Below are positions 12,282 to 22,228 of a DNA stretch of 64,000 nucleotides, piece by piece (within the stretch, counting starts at the first letter, position 1; each line of letters starts with the position of its first letter). The notes beneath the pieces were generated by a model, which did not search any database, was not told the DNA's origin, and was given only the letters and a program-made list of their open reading frames with translations. A program made the translations under genes and the position numbers. This DNA is from an uncultured Pseudomonadota bacterium (GTDB lineage: Bacteria > Pseudomonadota > Alphaproteobacteria > JACZXZ01), in contig CAVVLJ010000016.1 of assembly GCA_963749075.1 (NCBI GenBank), positions 1,056,001-1,120,000 on the forward strand, given 5' to 3'.

Positions 12282-13067
12282 CTACCGCCGCTCGCGCCAT
12301 TCGTTAGGCGCGCGGGCAGGCCAGCCGAAGTCGCGGGGGCGAAGCCCGGCGTGGAACCAGGCGACGAAGCTGTAGATGTCGTAGACCGGAAGCCCGGTCG
12401 CCTCTCTCAGCGCCAGCGCATAGGGCGCCATGTTGGTGCATTCGAGCACGATGGCGCCGATGTCGCGGTGTGCCGCGAGAAGCGCCGCGCCGGCCGCCAG
12501 GATGTCTGCCTCCGCGGCGGCCACGTCGAGGGTGGGCTCGTCGCCGATGAGGACGCGGCTGAACTCGCGGCCGCCGTCGGTGCCGGCAACCGGCGCCGCG
12601 GGGTCGCATCCGGCGGCCGAGAGGTGCTCGGCCGTCAGCGTCTTGGCGCTGACCGTAAGCACGCCGCAGCGCTTCCCCGGCGGCAGCAGGCGCTCGACCC
12701 ACGGCACCTGCATGAGGCTCGAGAGCGCCGTCGGCACGCCCGCGCGCCGCGCGATCTCCGCCTGATAGAGCGAGAGGAAGCCGCAGTTGCTGGTGATGCC
12801 GTCGGCACCGAGGCGCACGAGCTCGAGCGCCCCCTCGGCGAAGGCCTCGAGGAGGCCCTCCGCGCGCCTCAGCACGACGCGCGCGGGCGAGGCGCCGGCG
12901 ACGACCTTGTAAAGCACCGGGAAGGGCCAGGTCTCGGCGTTCCCCATGTCGCCCGGGATGCGCGGGAAGCGCGTCTCGAGCATGAGGATGCCGAGCCGCG
13001 CGCCATAGACCTGCTTGCCGCCGTGGGCGAGGCGCGCCGGGCGATTGTCGCGGCGCTCGTCCGTCAT
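12282..13067 (-). CDS. aspartate/glutamate racemase family protein
   Basis: GILMLETRFPRIPGDMGN, TSNCGF, LECTNM (two catalytic-type Cys). Confidence 0.85.
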   Translation of the reverse strand: MTDERRDNRPARLAHGGKQVYGARLGILMLETRFPRIPGDMGNAETWPFPVLYKVVAGASPARVVLRRAEGLLEAFAEGALELVRLGADGITSNCGFLSLYQAEIARRAGVPTALSSLMQVPWVERLLPPGKRCGVLTVSAKTLTAEHLSAAGCDPAAPVAGTDGGREFSRVLIGDEPTLDVAAAEADILAAGAALLAAHRDIGAIVLECTNMAPYALALREATGLPVYDIYSFVAWFHAGLRPRDFGWPARAPNEWRERR

Positions 13068-14038
13068 GGCTCGGCGGCCTCGCCGGGGTGGGCGTGGCAC
13101 AGGCGCTCCCACATCGCCGTCCCAAGTGCTGCCAGGCCGCCCATGTAGCTGCGCATGAGGACGATCACCAGCAGCGCGTAGATCACCATGTCCCACTCGC
13201 CGTATTTCTGCAGATAGGTCGTCAGGATCTCGACCGGTGCCGCGCCGATGAGGGGTCCCGCAAAGGAGCCGAGCCCGCCCACCACCACCATGACGATGAG
13301 CTTCGCCATCTCGTTGAAGTCCGCGAGCTGGGGACTGAGCACCAGGAGGTAATGCGCGTAGAACACACCGGCCAGGCCGGCGAAGGCGCTCGAGAGCGTG
13401 AAGACGAGCACCTTGACCCGCGTGGTGTCGACGCCGAGGCTCTCGGCACGCAGCTCGTCGTCCTTGATCGCGCGCATGAAATAGCCGAGCGGCGAGCGCA
13501 CGAGAAGGTACATGGCGAGCACGGAGACGAGCGCCAGCGCCGCGAAGGTGTAGTAGTAGGGCGTCGGCTCCACGCTGTGGAAGAGCGGCGGCACGGTGAG
13601 CCCGAGCTCGCCGCGCGTATAGCCGTAGTCGGCGGCGAGGAGGATGTGGATGGTCTCGGCGAAGGCCCAGGTGGCGATCGCGAGGTAGATGGCGCGCATC
13701 TTGAGCACGAGGCGGCCGAGCACGTAGCCGAGCGCGCCGGCGAGCAGCACGCCCGCCGGCATGCTGAGGTAGAGCGGCGCCTGGTAGTGGTAGATGAGAA
13801 GCCCGGTGGTATAGGCGCCGACCGCGGCGAAGGCCTGGTGTGCCAAGGAGAACTGCCCGGTGAAGCCGGCGAGCAGGTTCCAGCTCGCGGCGAGGATCGT
13901 GTAATAGAGGCTCACGGTCAGCACATGCACCGCGAAGCTGCCGAGGAACTGGGGCAGCAGCGCGAGCACGAGTGCCGCCGCCGCACTCACCAGCACCACG
14001 CGCCGCCAGTCGATGAGCGACAGCATCGCGGCCCTCAT
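13064..14038 (-). CDS. livM: branched-chain amino acid ABC permease (LivM-like)
   Basis: SWNLLAGFTGQFSLAHQAF, AIKDDELRAESLGV, VGGLGSFAG; ATGA overlaps at both ends. Confidence 0.88.
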   Translation of the reverse strand: MRAAMLSLIDWRRVVLVSAAAALVLALLPQFLGSFAVHVLTVSLYYTILAASWNLLAGFTGQFSLAHQAFAAVGAYTTGLLIYHYQAPLYLSMPAGVLLAGALGYVLGRLVLKMRAIYLAIATWAFAETIHILLAADYGYTRGELGLTVPPLFHSVEPTPYYYTFAALALVSVLAMYLLVRSPLGYFMRAIKDDELRAESLGVDTTRVKVLVFTLSSAFAGLAGVFYAHYLLVLSPQLADFNEMAKLIVMVVVGGLGSFAGPLIGAAPVEILTTYLQKYGEWDMVIYALLVIVLMRSYMGGLAALGTAMWERLCHAHPGEAAEP

Positions 14039-14769
14039 CCCATGAGGCATTCTTGAATCAAGGCGCGCACGCGCGTCGCGCCGAACTCGGCGGGCGGCCC
14101 GTCCGCCTTGATGCGGCCGAGATTGACCATATAGACGTAGTCCGCGTGGGGGATCGCCTCCTCGATGTTCTGGTCGACGAGGAGGATGGTGGCGCCGATC
14201 GCCCGCCGCGCGGTGAGCAGGAGCTCGTAGACCTGGTCGACGAGGTTGGGGGCGAGGCCCGCCGTCGGCTCGTCGACCAGCATGAGCTTGGGATCGGTCA
14301 TCATCTCGCGCGCCACCGAGAGCATGCGGCCCTGGCCGCCCGAGAGGTCGCCCGCGCGCGCGCGCCGACGCTCGGCGAGGGCGGGAAAGATGCCGTAGAT
14401 CTTGGCGAGCTGGGCTGCGAGCCGCGTCTTCTCCTTGCGCAGCGTCCAGCCCCCCATGCGCAGGTTCTCCTCGACCGTGAGGCTGGGGAAGGTGTTGATC
14501 TCCTGCGGCACGTAGCTGATGCCGAGCCGCTTCACCTGATAGGGCTCGAGGCCGAGCGCCGGGCGCTCGAGGAAGCGGAGGCTGCCGCGATGCGGCTTCA
14601 AGAAGCCGAAGATGGCGCGCAGCAGCGTCGATTTGCCGGCGCCGTTGGGGCCGATGACGAGGGTGAGGCTGCCAGGGGCTACGGCGAGAGAGAGGCCCTG
14701 CAGGATGTCGACGCCGGGCTGATAGGCGGCGTAGAGCTCTTCGACGGCAAGGAGTGCGGCGGCGCTCAT
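14035..14769 (-). CDS. livF: branched-chain amino acid ABC ATP-binding protein (LivF-like)
   Basis: GPNGAGKST, LTVEENL, LSGGQ, DEPTAGLAP. Confidence 0.88.
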   Translation of the reverse strand: MSAAALLAVEELYAAYQPGVDILQGLSLAVAPGSLTLVIGPNGAGKSTLLRAIFGFLKPHRGSLRFLERPALGLEPYQVKRLGISYVPQEINTFPSLTVEENLRMGGWTLRKEKTRLAAQLAKIYGIFPALAERRRARAGDLSGGQGRMLSVAREMMTDPKLMLVDEPTAGLAPNLVDQVYELLLTARRAIGATILLVDQNIEEAIPHADYVYMVNLGRIKADGPPAEFGATRVRALIQECLMG

Positions 14770-15506
14770 GCCAGCGCCTTGCCGAGATAGGCGGCGATCA
14801 CGTCCTCGCGCGCCGCCACCTCGTCGAGCGTGCCCTCGGCCACCACGCGGCCGGCGATCATCACGGTGATCTTGTGGCAGAGCCGGCGCATCACCGTCAT
14901 CTCGTGGCTGACGATGAGGAAGCCCGTGCTGCGTTCGCGGTTCTCGTGGAGGATGAGATCGATGATGGCGTCCTTGATGAAGGGGTTGATGCCGGCGAAG
15001 GGCTCGTCGAGCACGTAGCACTTGAGCGCCGGCACCATGAAGCCGCAGCACACCTGGAGGAGGGCGCGCTGGCCGCCCGAGAGCGCCTTGGCCGGAAGCC
15101 CGGCCAGCCGCTCGAGCTTGGTGAGGGCGAGGAACGCATGCGCGCGTGCGAGGCCGTCGCCGTCTGCCGTCCGCGCGCTGCGGCGGCGCGCCATATGGGG
15201 AATGAGAAGGTTCTCCAACACCGTGAGATTGCCGAAGAGGCGGCAGAGCTGGAAGCTGCGCAAGAGGCCCTTCCGCGCGATCTCGTGGGGTGCCAGGCCC
15301 AAGAGGCTCTCGCCGTCGAGCCGGATGTCGCCCGCGTTCGGCGCCTCGATGCCGGTGATGAGATTGGCGAGCGTCGTCTTGCCAGCACCATTGGGTCCGA
15401 TGAGACCGCGGATCTCGCCGCGCGCGAGCGCCATCGTCACGTCGCTGTTGGCATAGAGGCCGCCGAAGCGCTTGCTGAGGCCCAGGGTCTCGAGGAGCGC
15501 TGCCAT
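14766..15506 (-). CDS. livG: branched-chain amino acid ABC ATP-binding protein (LivG-like)
   Basis: KRFGGL, GPNGAGKTT, LDEPFAGIN, VIAAYLG. Confidence 0.88.
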   Translation of the reverse strand: MAALLETLGLSKRFGGLYANSDVTMALARGEIRGLIGPNGAGKTTLANLITGIEAPNAGDIRLDGESLLGLAPHEIARKGLLRSFQLCRLFGNLTVLENLLIPHMARRRSARTADGDGLARAHAFLALTKLERLAGLPAKALSGGQRALLQVCCGFMVPALKCYVLDEPFAGINPFIKDAIIDLILHENRERSTGFLIVSHEMTVMRRLCHKITVMIAGRVVAEGTLDEVAAREDVIAAYLGKALA

Positions 15507-15520
15507 GGCCGGGGTCCTCC

Positions 15521-16417
15521 TCACGCCTGCCGGGCGCGCGCGCCGAAGAGGCCGCGCGGGCGGATCAGGAGGACGAGGAGCACGAGGACGAAGCCGTAGG
15601 CGTTCTGGTAGGGCGGCGAGATGAAGGCGGCACCCAGGCTTTCGACGATGCCGAGGAGGAGGCCTCCCACGAGCGCTCCCGGGATCGAGCCGAGGCCGCC
15701 GATGACGATGATCTCGAAGCCCTTGACCGTGGTGACGACGCCGTCGGTCGGGAAGACGAGGAAGACGGGTGCGAGCAAGGCACCGGCTGTGCCTGCCAGC
15801 GCCACGCCGATGCCGAAGGCGAGCTGGTCGAGGCGGAGTACGTCGACGCCGGAGGTCTGCACGCCGACGCGGCTGTCGGCGGCGGCACGCAAGGCGAGGC
15901 CGAGCCAGGTGCGCTTGATGAGGAATTGGAAGAGCGCGATCGCGACGAGCGCGAACACGAAGGCGGCGACGCGGGCGCCGTCCAGCGGCAAGGGGCCGAT
16001 CGTCACGGTCGGCAGCACCGAGCCGGGAGTGCGCTGGTAGGGCCCGCTCAAGGCGGTCGCGAGGTTGCGCAGGAGGAGGAGGAGTGCGATGGTGACGACG
16101 GTCGCATAATCGTCGCGCCGCTCGAGCGCCTTGGCGAACATGGGCTTGATCAGGATGGGCTCGAGCACGATGCCGATGAGGAAGACGCCGAGCGCGGAGA
16201 ACGGCAGCGCCAGCCACCACAGCGCCGGACCGAGAAGGTGGGCCACGAGCATGAACTGCAGATAGCTGCCGATCATGTAGAACTCGCCCATCGCCCAGTT
16301 GATCATCTTCACGATGCTGTAGATGAAGGTGATGCCGAGCGCCATGAGGGCGTAAAGCACGCCGATCATGACGCCCGCGATGAACGTCTGGACGAAAAGC
16401 TCGTTCGAGTAGATCAC
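15521..16417 (-). CDS. livH: branched-chain amino acid ABC permease (LivH-like)
   Basis: YALMALGITFIYSIVKMINWAMGEFYM, IGGLGSIPG, RPRGLFG; GTG start inferred. Confidence 0.88.
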   Translation of the reverse strand: MIYSNELFVQTFIAGVMIGVLYALMALGITFIYSIVKMINWAMGEFYMIGSYLQFMLVAHLLGPALWWLALPFSALGVFLIGIVLEPILIKPMFAKALERRDDYATVVTIALLLLLRNLATALSGPYQRTPGSVLPTVTIGPLPLDGARVAAFVFALVAIALFQFLIKRTWLGLALRAAADSRVGVQTSGVDVLRLDQLAFGIGVALAGTAGALLAPVFLVFPTDGVVTTVKGFEIIVIGGLGSIPGALVGGLLLGIVESLGAAFISPPYQNAYGFVLVLLVLLIRPRGLFGARARQA

Positions 16418-16442
16418 GGCGGCGTGCCCATGAGCGGGCGAT

Positions 16443-16519
16443 CCCTCACCCGGCCGCTTCGCGGCCCGATCGATCCGCTTCGCGGCTCGATCCCGCAAGC
16501 GGGAGAGGGAGGGTGAGGG
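16443..16519. repeat. REP/RIME-like palindromic element inside the ABC operon
   Basis: CCCTCACCC...CCCGCAAGCGGGAGAGGG...GGGTGAGGG with an internal duplicated CCGCTTCGCGG hairpin. Confidence 0.75.
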
Positions 16520-16543
16520 ACTGCACCCCCCACGCTGCCACCT

Positions 16544-17728
16544 CTATTCCGACCCGTAGGCCAGCTCCGCCTCGCGCCAGTCCTGGTTGGGCTGGGTGTA
16601 GTGGAGGATCATGATCGGCGGCGACCAGTTGTGCCAGAAGATGCCGTCCGCCTTGGGGAAGGTCACGGCACCCGGCGCCCAGCTCTTGAAGCTCACGCTC
16701 TCGAGCGCACTCACGACCGCCTTGGGGTCGGTGCTTTTCGCCTGATCGACCGCCTGGGCGATGATCAGCACGTCGCCGAAGCCGTTCAGGCTCGAATAGG
16801 TCGCGGCCTCCTTGTACTTGTCCATGTAGGCCTTGGCGAGCCAAGAGCCCACTTCGGAGAGCTTCTGCTTCGGCGTGTAATAGGCGATGAAATAGATGCC
16901 GCTGCCGTCCTTGGGATGGAGCTGCCACCACTGGGGCCGGATCGGCGCATCGTAGGAGATCAGCATGGGCGTTCCCGGCAGGAGGCCGATGGTCGCCGCC
17001 TGATCGACCATGAGATCGAGGGGCTGGCCCACGCCGATGTTGATGATGACGTCGGGCTTGAAGGCCTTGACCTGGAGGAGGAGCGGCGTCAGGTCGGTCG
17101 TGGCATGGTCGAAGGTGAGGCTCTGCAGCTCGAGGCCCATGTTCTTGGCCTTGGCCTGCTCCTCGGTCTCCTTGACGAGGCCGATGCCGTAATCGGTCGT
17201 CTCGGCGAGGATGGAGACCCGCTTGTAGCCCTGCTTCTTGATCCAGCCGAGCCAGGCCGCGGCGCGCAGCGGATCGATCACGTGGGTGCGGAAGGCGACA
17301 TCGTAATGCTTGCCGGTCACGTCGGCGGCACCGGTCTGGGTGCCGATGGTGGGGACGCCGAGCTCCTTCGCCACCTCGTTCGCCGCGATATTCACCGAGC
17401 TGTGGAAGAAGCCGGTGACGCCGACGGCGTGATCCTCGGTGACGAGGCGGCGGTAGGCGGTGACGCCGGCCTCGGGGCGGCCTTGCGAATCCTGCACCGC
17501 GAGCTCAACCTTGCGCCCGCCGAGAACGCCGCCCATCACCGTGTTGATGTATTCGACGGCGAGCTCGGCGCCGCGGCGGATGAGCTGGCCCGAGGCCGGA
17601 TCGCCGGGCGGCGAGAGGGGAATCACGAGGCCGATGGTGACGGGCTCGCCGGCGGCCATGGCAGCACCCGCAAGCCCCGCCGCGAGCGCCAGCCCGGCGG
17701 CGCCGAGAACGAGAGGTCTCCTTTTCAT
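16544..17728 (-). CDS. LivK-type ABC substrate-binding protein
   Basis: Signal peptide, GGVLGGRKVEL.VQD, TDYG, DLTPLL.QVK. Confidence 0.88.
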   Translation of the reverse strand: MKRRPLVLGAAGLALAAGLAGAAMAAGEPVTIGLVIPLSPPGDPASGQLIRRGAELAVEYINTVMGGVLGGRKVELAVQDSQGRPEAGVTAYRRLVTEDHAVGVTGFFHSSVNIAANEVAKELGVPTIGTQTGAADVTGKHYDVAFRTHVIDPLRAAAWLGWIKKQGYKRVSILAETTDYGIGLVKETEEQAKAKNMGLELQSLTFDHATTDLTPLLLQVKAFKPDVIINIGVGQPLDLMVDQAATIGLLPGTPMLISYDAPIRPQWWQLHPKDGSGIYFIAYYTPKQKLSEVGSWLAKAYMDKYKEAATYSSLNGFGDVLIIAQAVDQAKSTDPKAVVSALESVSFKSWAPGAVTFPKADGIFWHNWSPPIMILHYTQPNQDWREAELAYGSE

Positions 17729-18021
17729 GTCGTCTCCCTTGTTTCTACGGCGCCGTTCGGGGAAGCGCCGCTCGGCCCATCTTAGATCGACTTCGAGGGG
17801 GGCGTAAACCGGGGCTCTTCGCCGCAGGCTTCACGTCAGGCGGGCGAAGGCGCCGCCGCGGGCAGCCTGGTTGCCCAAGCTCGCTCTGCGACCTAATTTG
17901 AGCGGGACACTCCTCGGCGGGCGAGAGCATTCGGCTGCGCTTGCTCAGTCTCTCCCGGTCAAAGAGACATTCGAGGGCGTGACGAAAGGCAGCCGAGCGT
18001 GATCCATCGAGAGGGGGTCCG

Positions 18022-19566
18022 ATGTTCACTCAGTCTCTGCGAACGGCCCTGCTGGGTTCCGGCGCCGCCTTCGCGATGATGGCGGGTCCGGCGCTCGCGG
18101 GTCAGGCGGACGGTTTGCAGGCCGAGATCGACTCGCTTCGCTCGCAGGTCGATCAGCTCGAGAAAGAGAGGGCGTCGATCGAGACCCCGCAGGCCGCAGC
18201 TCCCGCCGACGCGGTCATCGGCGGCGACTTCCCCGGTTCCTTCAAGCTGCCGGGCTCCGACACCTCGGTGGCGGTCCACGGCTATGTGAAGGCCAACTTC
18301 ATCTACGACTTCGACGAGAACCTGGGCGACAGCTTCGCGGATACGGGCATCACCGGGCGCCATACGCCGCAGCAGCACCAGGGCGGTAATTTCCATTTCG
18401 GCTCCCGCCAGTCGCGCTTCGACATCGAGACGCGCACGCCGACCGACTGGGGTCAGCTGAAGACCTTCATCGAGATGGACTTCTACGGCAGCACCGTGAA
18501 CAACAACAGCACGGTGAGCGGCGGCGGCAACACCTCGAACCCGCTTCGCATGCGGCAGGCCTATGGCCAGCTGGGCCCGGTCCTCGCCGGCCAGACCTTT
18601 TCGAACTTCAACGATCTCGACGACGAGCCCGAGTTGCTCGACTTCAACACAGGTCAGCTGCAGTCGGGCCACAAGCGCCAGACCCAGCTGCGCTACACCT
18701 TGCCGGTGGCGAACTGGACGCTGTCGTTCGCGGCGGAGAACCCCAACCCGCGCATCGCGGGCGGCAATGGCATTTCGACGTCGAACGGGTTTGCCACGTT
18801 CGTCGCGAACCCGGTCACCGCCGGCACCGTTCCCACGTTGGGCAACAACGCCAACGACATGCCGGACCTCACGGGCCACATCGAATACAAGGACGTGTGG
18901 GGCGACGTGAACTTGGCCGGCGTGGTGCGCCACTTCAACCTCAATACCGGTGGCAATGCCGGCAACACGACGGGCGCTGCCGTCAACTGTCAGGGCTCTT
19001 CGGCGGCCGCCGGCGCAGCCGGGGTGGGCTGCTTGATCAACACGACGGCCAGCGCCTTCGCCGGCGGCCTCATCGTAGGCGGCAAGTGGAAGATCGGACA
19101 AGTGCTGGGCGGCCTTTTCGCCATGGACAGCATCGCGGCGACGGGAAGCTGGGGTCCGGGCATCAACCGCTACTTCTACGAAGGGTCGACGCCGCCCTTC
19201 GATGCCACGGACGTCTATACGCTCAACGCCGCCGGCACGGCCATCAGCGGCTCGATCAAGACGGTCACGCAGACGGGCGGCATCATCGACTTCCAGCATT
19301 GGTGGACGCCCAATGTCCGTACGACCATAGCGTACAGCGTCACCGCGTGGGACTTCGGCGCCGTCCCGTACTCAGCCGCGCAGATCAGGCATATGCAGAC
19401 GGGCTACGTCAATTTGATCTGGAGCCCGGTCAAGGCGGTCAACATCGGCCTCGAGTTCATGTACGGCTCGGTCGATTTCCGCCATGAGGGCGCCACGCCG
19501 GCGTACGCGGGCGGCAACTCCGGCTCCGCCAAGCGGCTCATGGCCAGCCTGCAATACATGTTCTAA
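18022..19566 (+). CDS. DcaP-family outer membrane porin
   Basis: Signal peptide, short coiled coil, FPGSFKLPGSDT..HGYVK, RQSRF, FIEMDF, RMRQAYG, GQTFSNF, C-terminal Phe. Confidence 0.85.
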   Translation: MFTQSLRTALLGSGAAFAMMAGPALAGQADGLQAEIDSLRSQVDQLEKERASIETPQAAAPADAVIGGDFPGSFKLPGSDTSVAVHGYVKANFIYDFDENLGDSFADTGITGRHTPQQHQGGNFHFGSRQSRFDIETRTPTDWGQLKTFIEMDFYGSTVNNNSTVSGGGNTSNPLRMRQAYGQLGPVLAGQTFSNFNDLDDEPELLDFNTGQLQSGHKRQTQLRYTLPVANWTLSFAAENPNPRIAGGNGISTSNGFATFVANPVTAGTVPTLGNNANDMPDLTGHIEYKDVWGDVNLAGVVRHFNLNTGGNAGNTTGAAVNCQGSSAAAGAAGVGCLINTTASAFAGGLIVGGKWKIGQVLGGLFAMDSIAATGSWGPGINRYFYEGSTPPFDATDVYTLNAAGTAISGSIKTVTQTGGIIDFQHWWTPNVRTTIAYSVTAWDFGAVPYSAAQIRHMQTGYVNLIWSPVKAVNIGLEFMYGSVDFRHEGATPAYAGGNSGSAKRLMASLQYMF

Positions 19567-19667
19567 ATCGAGGCTCGACACCGATCCGCGAGGCGACCGC
19601 GGCGGCGCTGCGCTGGTAGCGGAGCCCTTGCCGGCCTGCGGCGCCGGCCTTGCGCCGCCCGGCCTCT

Positions 19668-19684
19668 TGGCATAATGTATTCCA
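19668..19684. promoter_or_regulatory. putative GntR/FadR-family operator
   Basis: Palindrome TGGcATA-atg-TATtCCA about 66 bp upstream of the GntR start, overlapping a CATAAT -10-like hexamer. Confidence 0.55.
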
Positions 19685-19750
19685 GCCCGAGAGCAACAGC
19701 CCTAAAAACCAGGCGCGCGCCGCCGTTGCTGGCCGATTGAGGATACATCG

Positions 19751-20440
19751 ATGTCCAGCGCCAAGCTCAACGTTCAACCGATCGACGCAAGCTTTGCCCT
19801 GAAAGACAAAATCTATGATTCGCTCAAGGCGGCGATCACGGCGATGAACATCTATGCCGAGCCGGGCGAGCCGCGCCTTGACGAACGTCAGCTTTCCCTC
19901 GAGCTCGGGGTGAGCCGCACGCCCATCCGCGAGGCGATCGCGCGCCTCGAGCAGGAAGGGCTGGTGCGCACGGTGCCGCGCAAGGGCGTCTTCGTCGTGC
20001 GCAAGAGCAAGCGCCAGATCCTCGAGATGATCACCGTGTGGGCGGCGCTCGAGAGCATGGCGGCGCGTCTCGCGACCGAGCGCGCGAGCGATGCGGAGAT
20101 CGCCACGCTGAGGGCCATGTTCGCCACCTTCGAAGGCGACGAGCTCACGGCCCATATCGACGAGTATTCCGAGACCAACATCAGGTTCCACTTGGCCATC
20201 CTGCGCATGAGCCGCTGCGAGCTCCTGTGGCAGATGGCGGAGAACCTCTTCATCCACATGCGCGCCATCCGCCGCACGACGATCCAAGAGGATCGCCGCG
20301 CCGAGCGCTCGATCATCGACCACCTGGCCATCATCCAGGCGCTCGAGCGGCGCGACACCGAGCTCGCCGAGCGCCTCGTGCGCCAGCATACCCTCGGCCT
20401 CGCGGCGCACGTGGAGAGGAACGTGGATTATCTCGATTGA
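19751..20440 (+). CDS. GntR family regulator (FCD domain)
   Basis: LGVSRTPIREAIARLEQEGLV, RFHLAI, DHLAIIQALE. Confidence 0.92.
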   Translation: MSSAKLNVQPIDASFALKDKIYDSLKAAITAMNIYAEPGEPRLDERQLSLELGVSRTPIREAIARLEQEGLVRTVPRKGVFVVRKSKRQILEMITVWAALESMAARLATERASDAEIATLRAMFATFEGDELTAHIDEYSETNIRFHLAILRMSRCELLWQMAENLFIHMRAIRRTTIQEDRRAERSIIDHLAIIQALERRDTELAERLVRQHTLGLAAHVERNVDYLD

Positions 20441-20498
20441 ACGCCCATTTTGATCGAACACCCGCGCCCAGCGAGGCGTCGGCCCAGGGAGGAGTGCC

Positions 20499-22217
20499 AT
20501 GGCAGAAGCGGCAAGGAAACTCGAGGCGGCGGAAGCGGCACCGGAGAAGATCTCGGGCGGCCATCTCGTCGCCAAGGCGCTCAAGGCGGAAGGGGTCGAG
20601 GCCATCTTCACGCTCTGCGGCGGCCACATCATCGACATCTACGACGGCTGCCTCGACGAGGGCATCAAGATCATCGACGTGCGCCACGAGCAGGTGGCGG
20701 CCCACGCCGCCGACGGCTATGCGCGCATGACCGGGCGGCCCGGCTGCGCCGTGGTCACCGCCGGTCCCGGCACGACGGATGCCATGACCGGCGTCGCGAA
20801 CGCCTTCCGCGCCGAGAGCCCGTTCCTCCTGATCGGCGGCCAGGGTGCCTTGAGCCAGCACAAGATGGGCTCGCTCCAGGATCTCCCCCACGTCGACATC
20901 ATGCAGCCGATCACCAAGTTCGCCGCCACCGTGCCGGCGACCGCGCGCATCGCCGACATGGTGAGCATGGCCTTCCGCGAGTGCCTCAACGGAGCGCCCG
21001 GCCCCTCCTTCCTCGAGATCCCGCGCGACATCCTCGACGGCCACGTCGAGCTCGCCAAGGCGCGCATCCCGGCGGCCGGAAAGTACCGCGCCTCGACGCG
21101 CCTGCTCGCCGACCCGGCGGACGTGGAGAAGCTCGCCAGGCTCGTCGTCAAGTCCGAGCGGCCCTGCATCCTCCTCGGCACGCAGGTGTGGACCTGCCGC
21201 GCCTCCGAGGCGGCGCGGGAGTTCGTGCGCAAGCTCAACGTGCCGGCCTATATGAACGGCGCCGGGCGCGGCACGCTGCCGCCGGGAGATGCGCACCACT
21301 TCCACCGCACGCGCGCTTTCGCCTTCGACAAGGCCGATCTCATCGTCATCGTCGGCGCGCCCTTCGATTTCCGCATGGGCTACGGCCGCCGGCTCAATCC
21401 CAAGGCGACGGTGGTGCAGATCGACATGGACTACCGCACGGTCGGGAAGAACCGCGACATCGATTTGGGCCTCGTGGGCGACGTGGGGCTCATCCTCTCC
21501 ACCGTCACCGCGGCGACGACGGGCAGCGCCGACAACGGCGCCAAGCGCCGCGCCCCGTGGCTCGAGGAGCTGCGCAAGGGCGAGGGAGCCGGGCTCGAGA
21601 AGCTCATGAAGGACTTCAAGTCCGACTCCGTGCCGATCAATCCCTATCGCGTTGCCTGGGAGCTCAACGAGTTCATGGGCGAGGACACCATCTACATCGG
21701 CGACGGCGGCGACGTGGTGACGATCAGCGCCCAGGCCGTGCAGCCGCGCCAGCCCGGCCACTGGATGGACCCGGGTCCCCTCGGCACCCTCGGCGTCGGC
21801 GTCCCCTTCGCCATGGCCGCCAAGTTCGTGCATCCGGAGAAGGAGGTGCTCTGCTACTTCGGCGACGGCGCCTTCGCCATGACGGGCTTCGATCTCGAGA
21901 CCTGCGTGCGCTTCAAGCTGCCGTTCCTTGGCGTCATCGGCAACAACTCGGCGATGAACCAGATCCGCTTCGGCCAGATCGCCAAATACGGCGAGAACCG
22001 CGGCAACGTCGGCAACAAGCTCGGCGACGTGCCCTTCTCCAAGTTTGCCGAGATGCTCGGCGGCTACGGCGAGGAGGTGCGCGATCCGGCGCAGATCCGG
22101 CCGGCGCTCGAGCGCGGCCGCCAGGCGGTCAAGTCCGGCATCCCGGCCCTCATCAACATCTGGGTCGACGTGAACATCTACGCGCCGGGCACCAAGAACC
22201 AGACGATGTACAAGTGA
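20499..22217 (+). CDS. ThDP-dependent enzyme, probable oxalyl-CoA decarboxylase / 2-hydroxyacyl-CoA lyase type
   Basis: [27 protein letters not shown]...GNN ThDP motif; directly upstream of frc. Confidence 0.8.
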   Translation: MAEAARKLEAAEAAPEKISGGHLVAKALKAEGVEAIFTLCGGHIIDIYDGCLDEGIKIIDVRHEQVAAHAADGYARMTGRPGCAVVTAGPGTTDAMTGVANAFRAESPFLLIGGQGALSQHKMGSLQDLPHVDIMQPITKFAATVPATARIADMVSMAFRECLNGAPGPSFLEIPRDILDGHVELAKARIPAAGKYRASTRLLADPADVEKLARLVVKSERPCILLGTQVWTCRASEAAREFVRKLNVPAYMNGAGRGTLPPGDAHHFHRTRAFAFDKADLIVIVGAPFDFRMGYGRRLNPKATVVQIDMDYRTVGKNRDIDLGLVGDVGLILSTVTAATTGSADNGAKRRAPWLEELRKGEGAGLEKLMKDFKSDSVPINPYRVAWELNEFMGEDTIYIGDGGDVVTISAQAVQPRQPGHWMDPGPLGTLGVGVPFAMAAKFVHPEKEVLCYFGDGAFAMTGFDLETCVRFKLPFLGVIGNNSAMNQIRFGQIAKYGENRGNVGNKLGDVPFSKFAEMLGGYGEEVRDPAQIRPALERGRQAVKSGIPALINIWVDVNIYAPGTKNQTMYK

Positions 22218-22228
22218 CGGGGGAGGCG

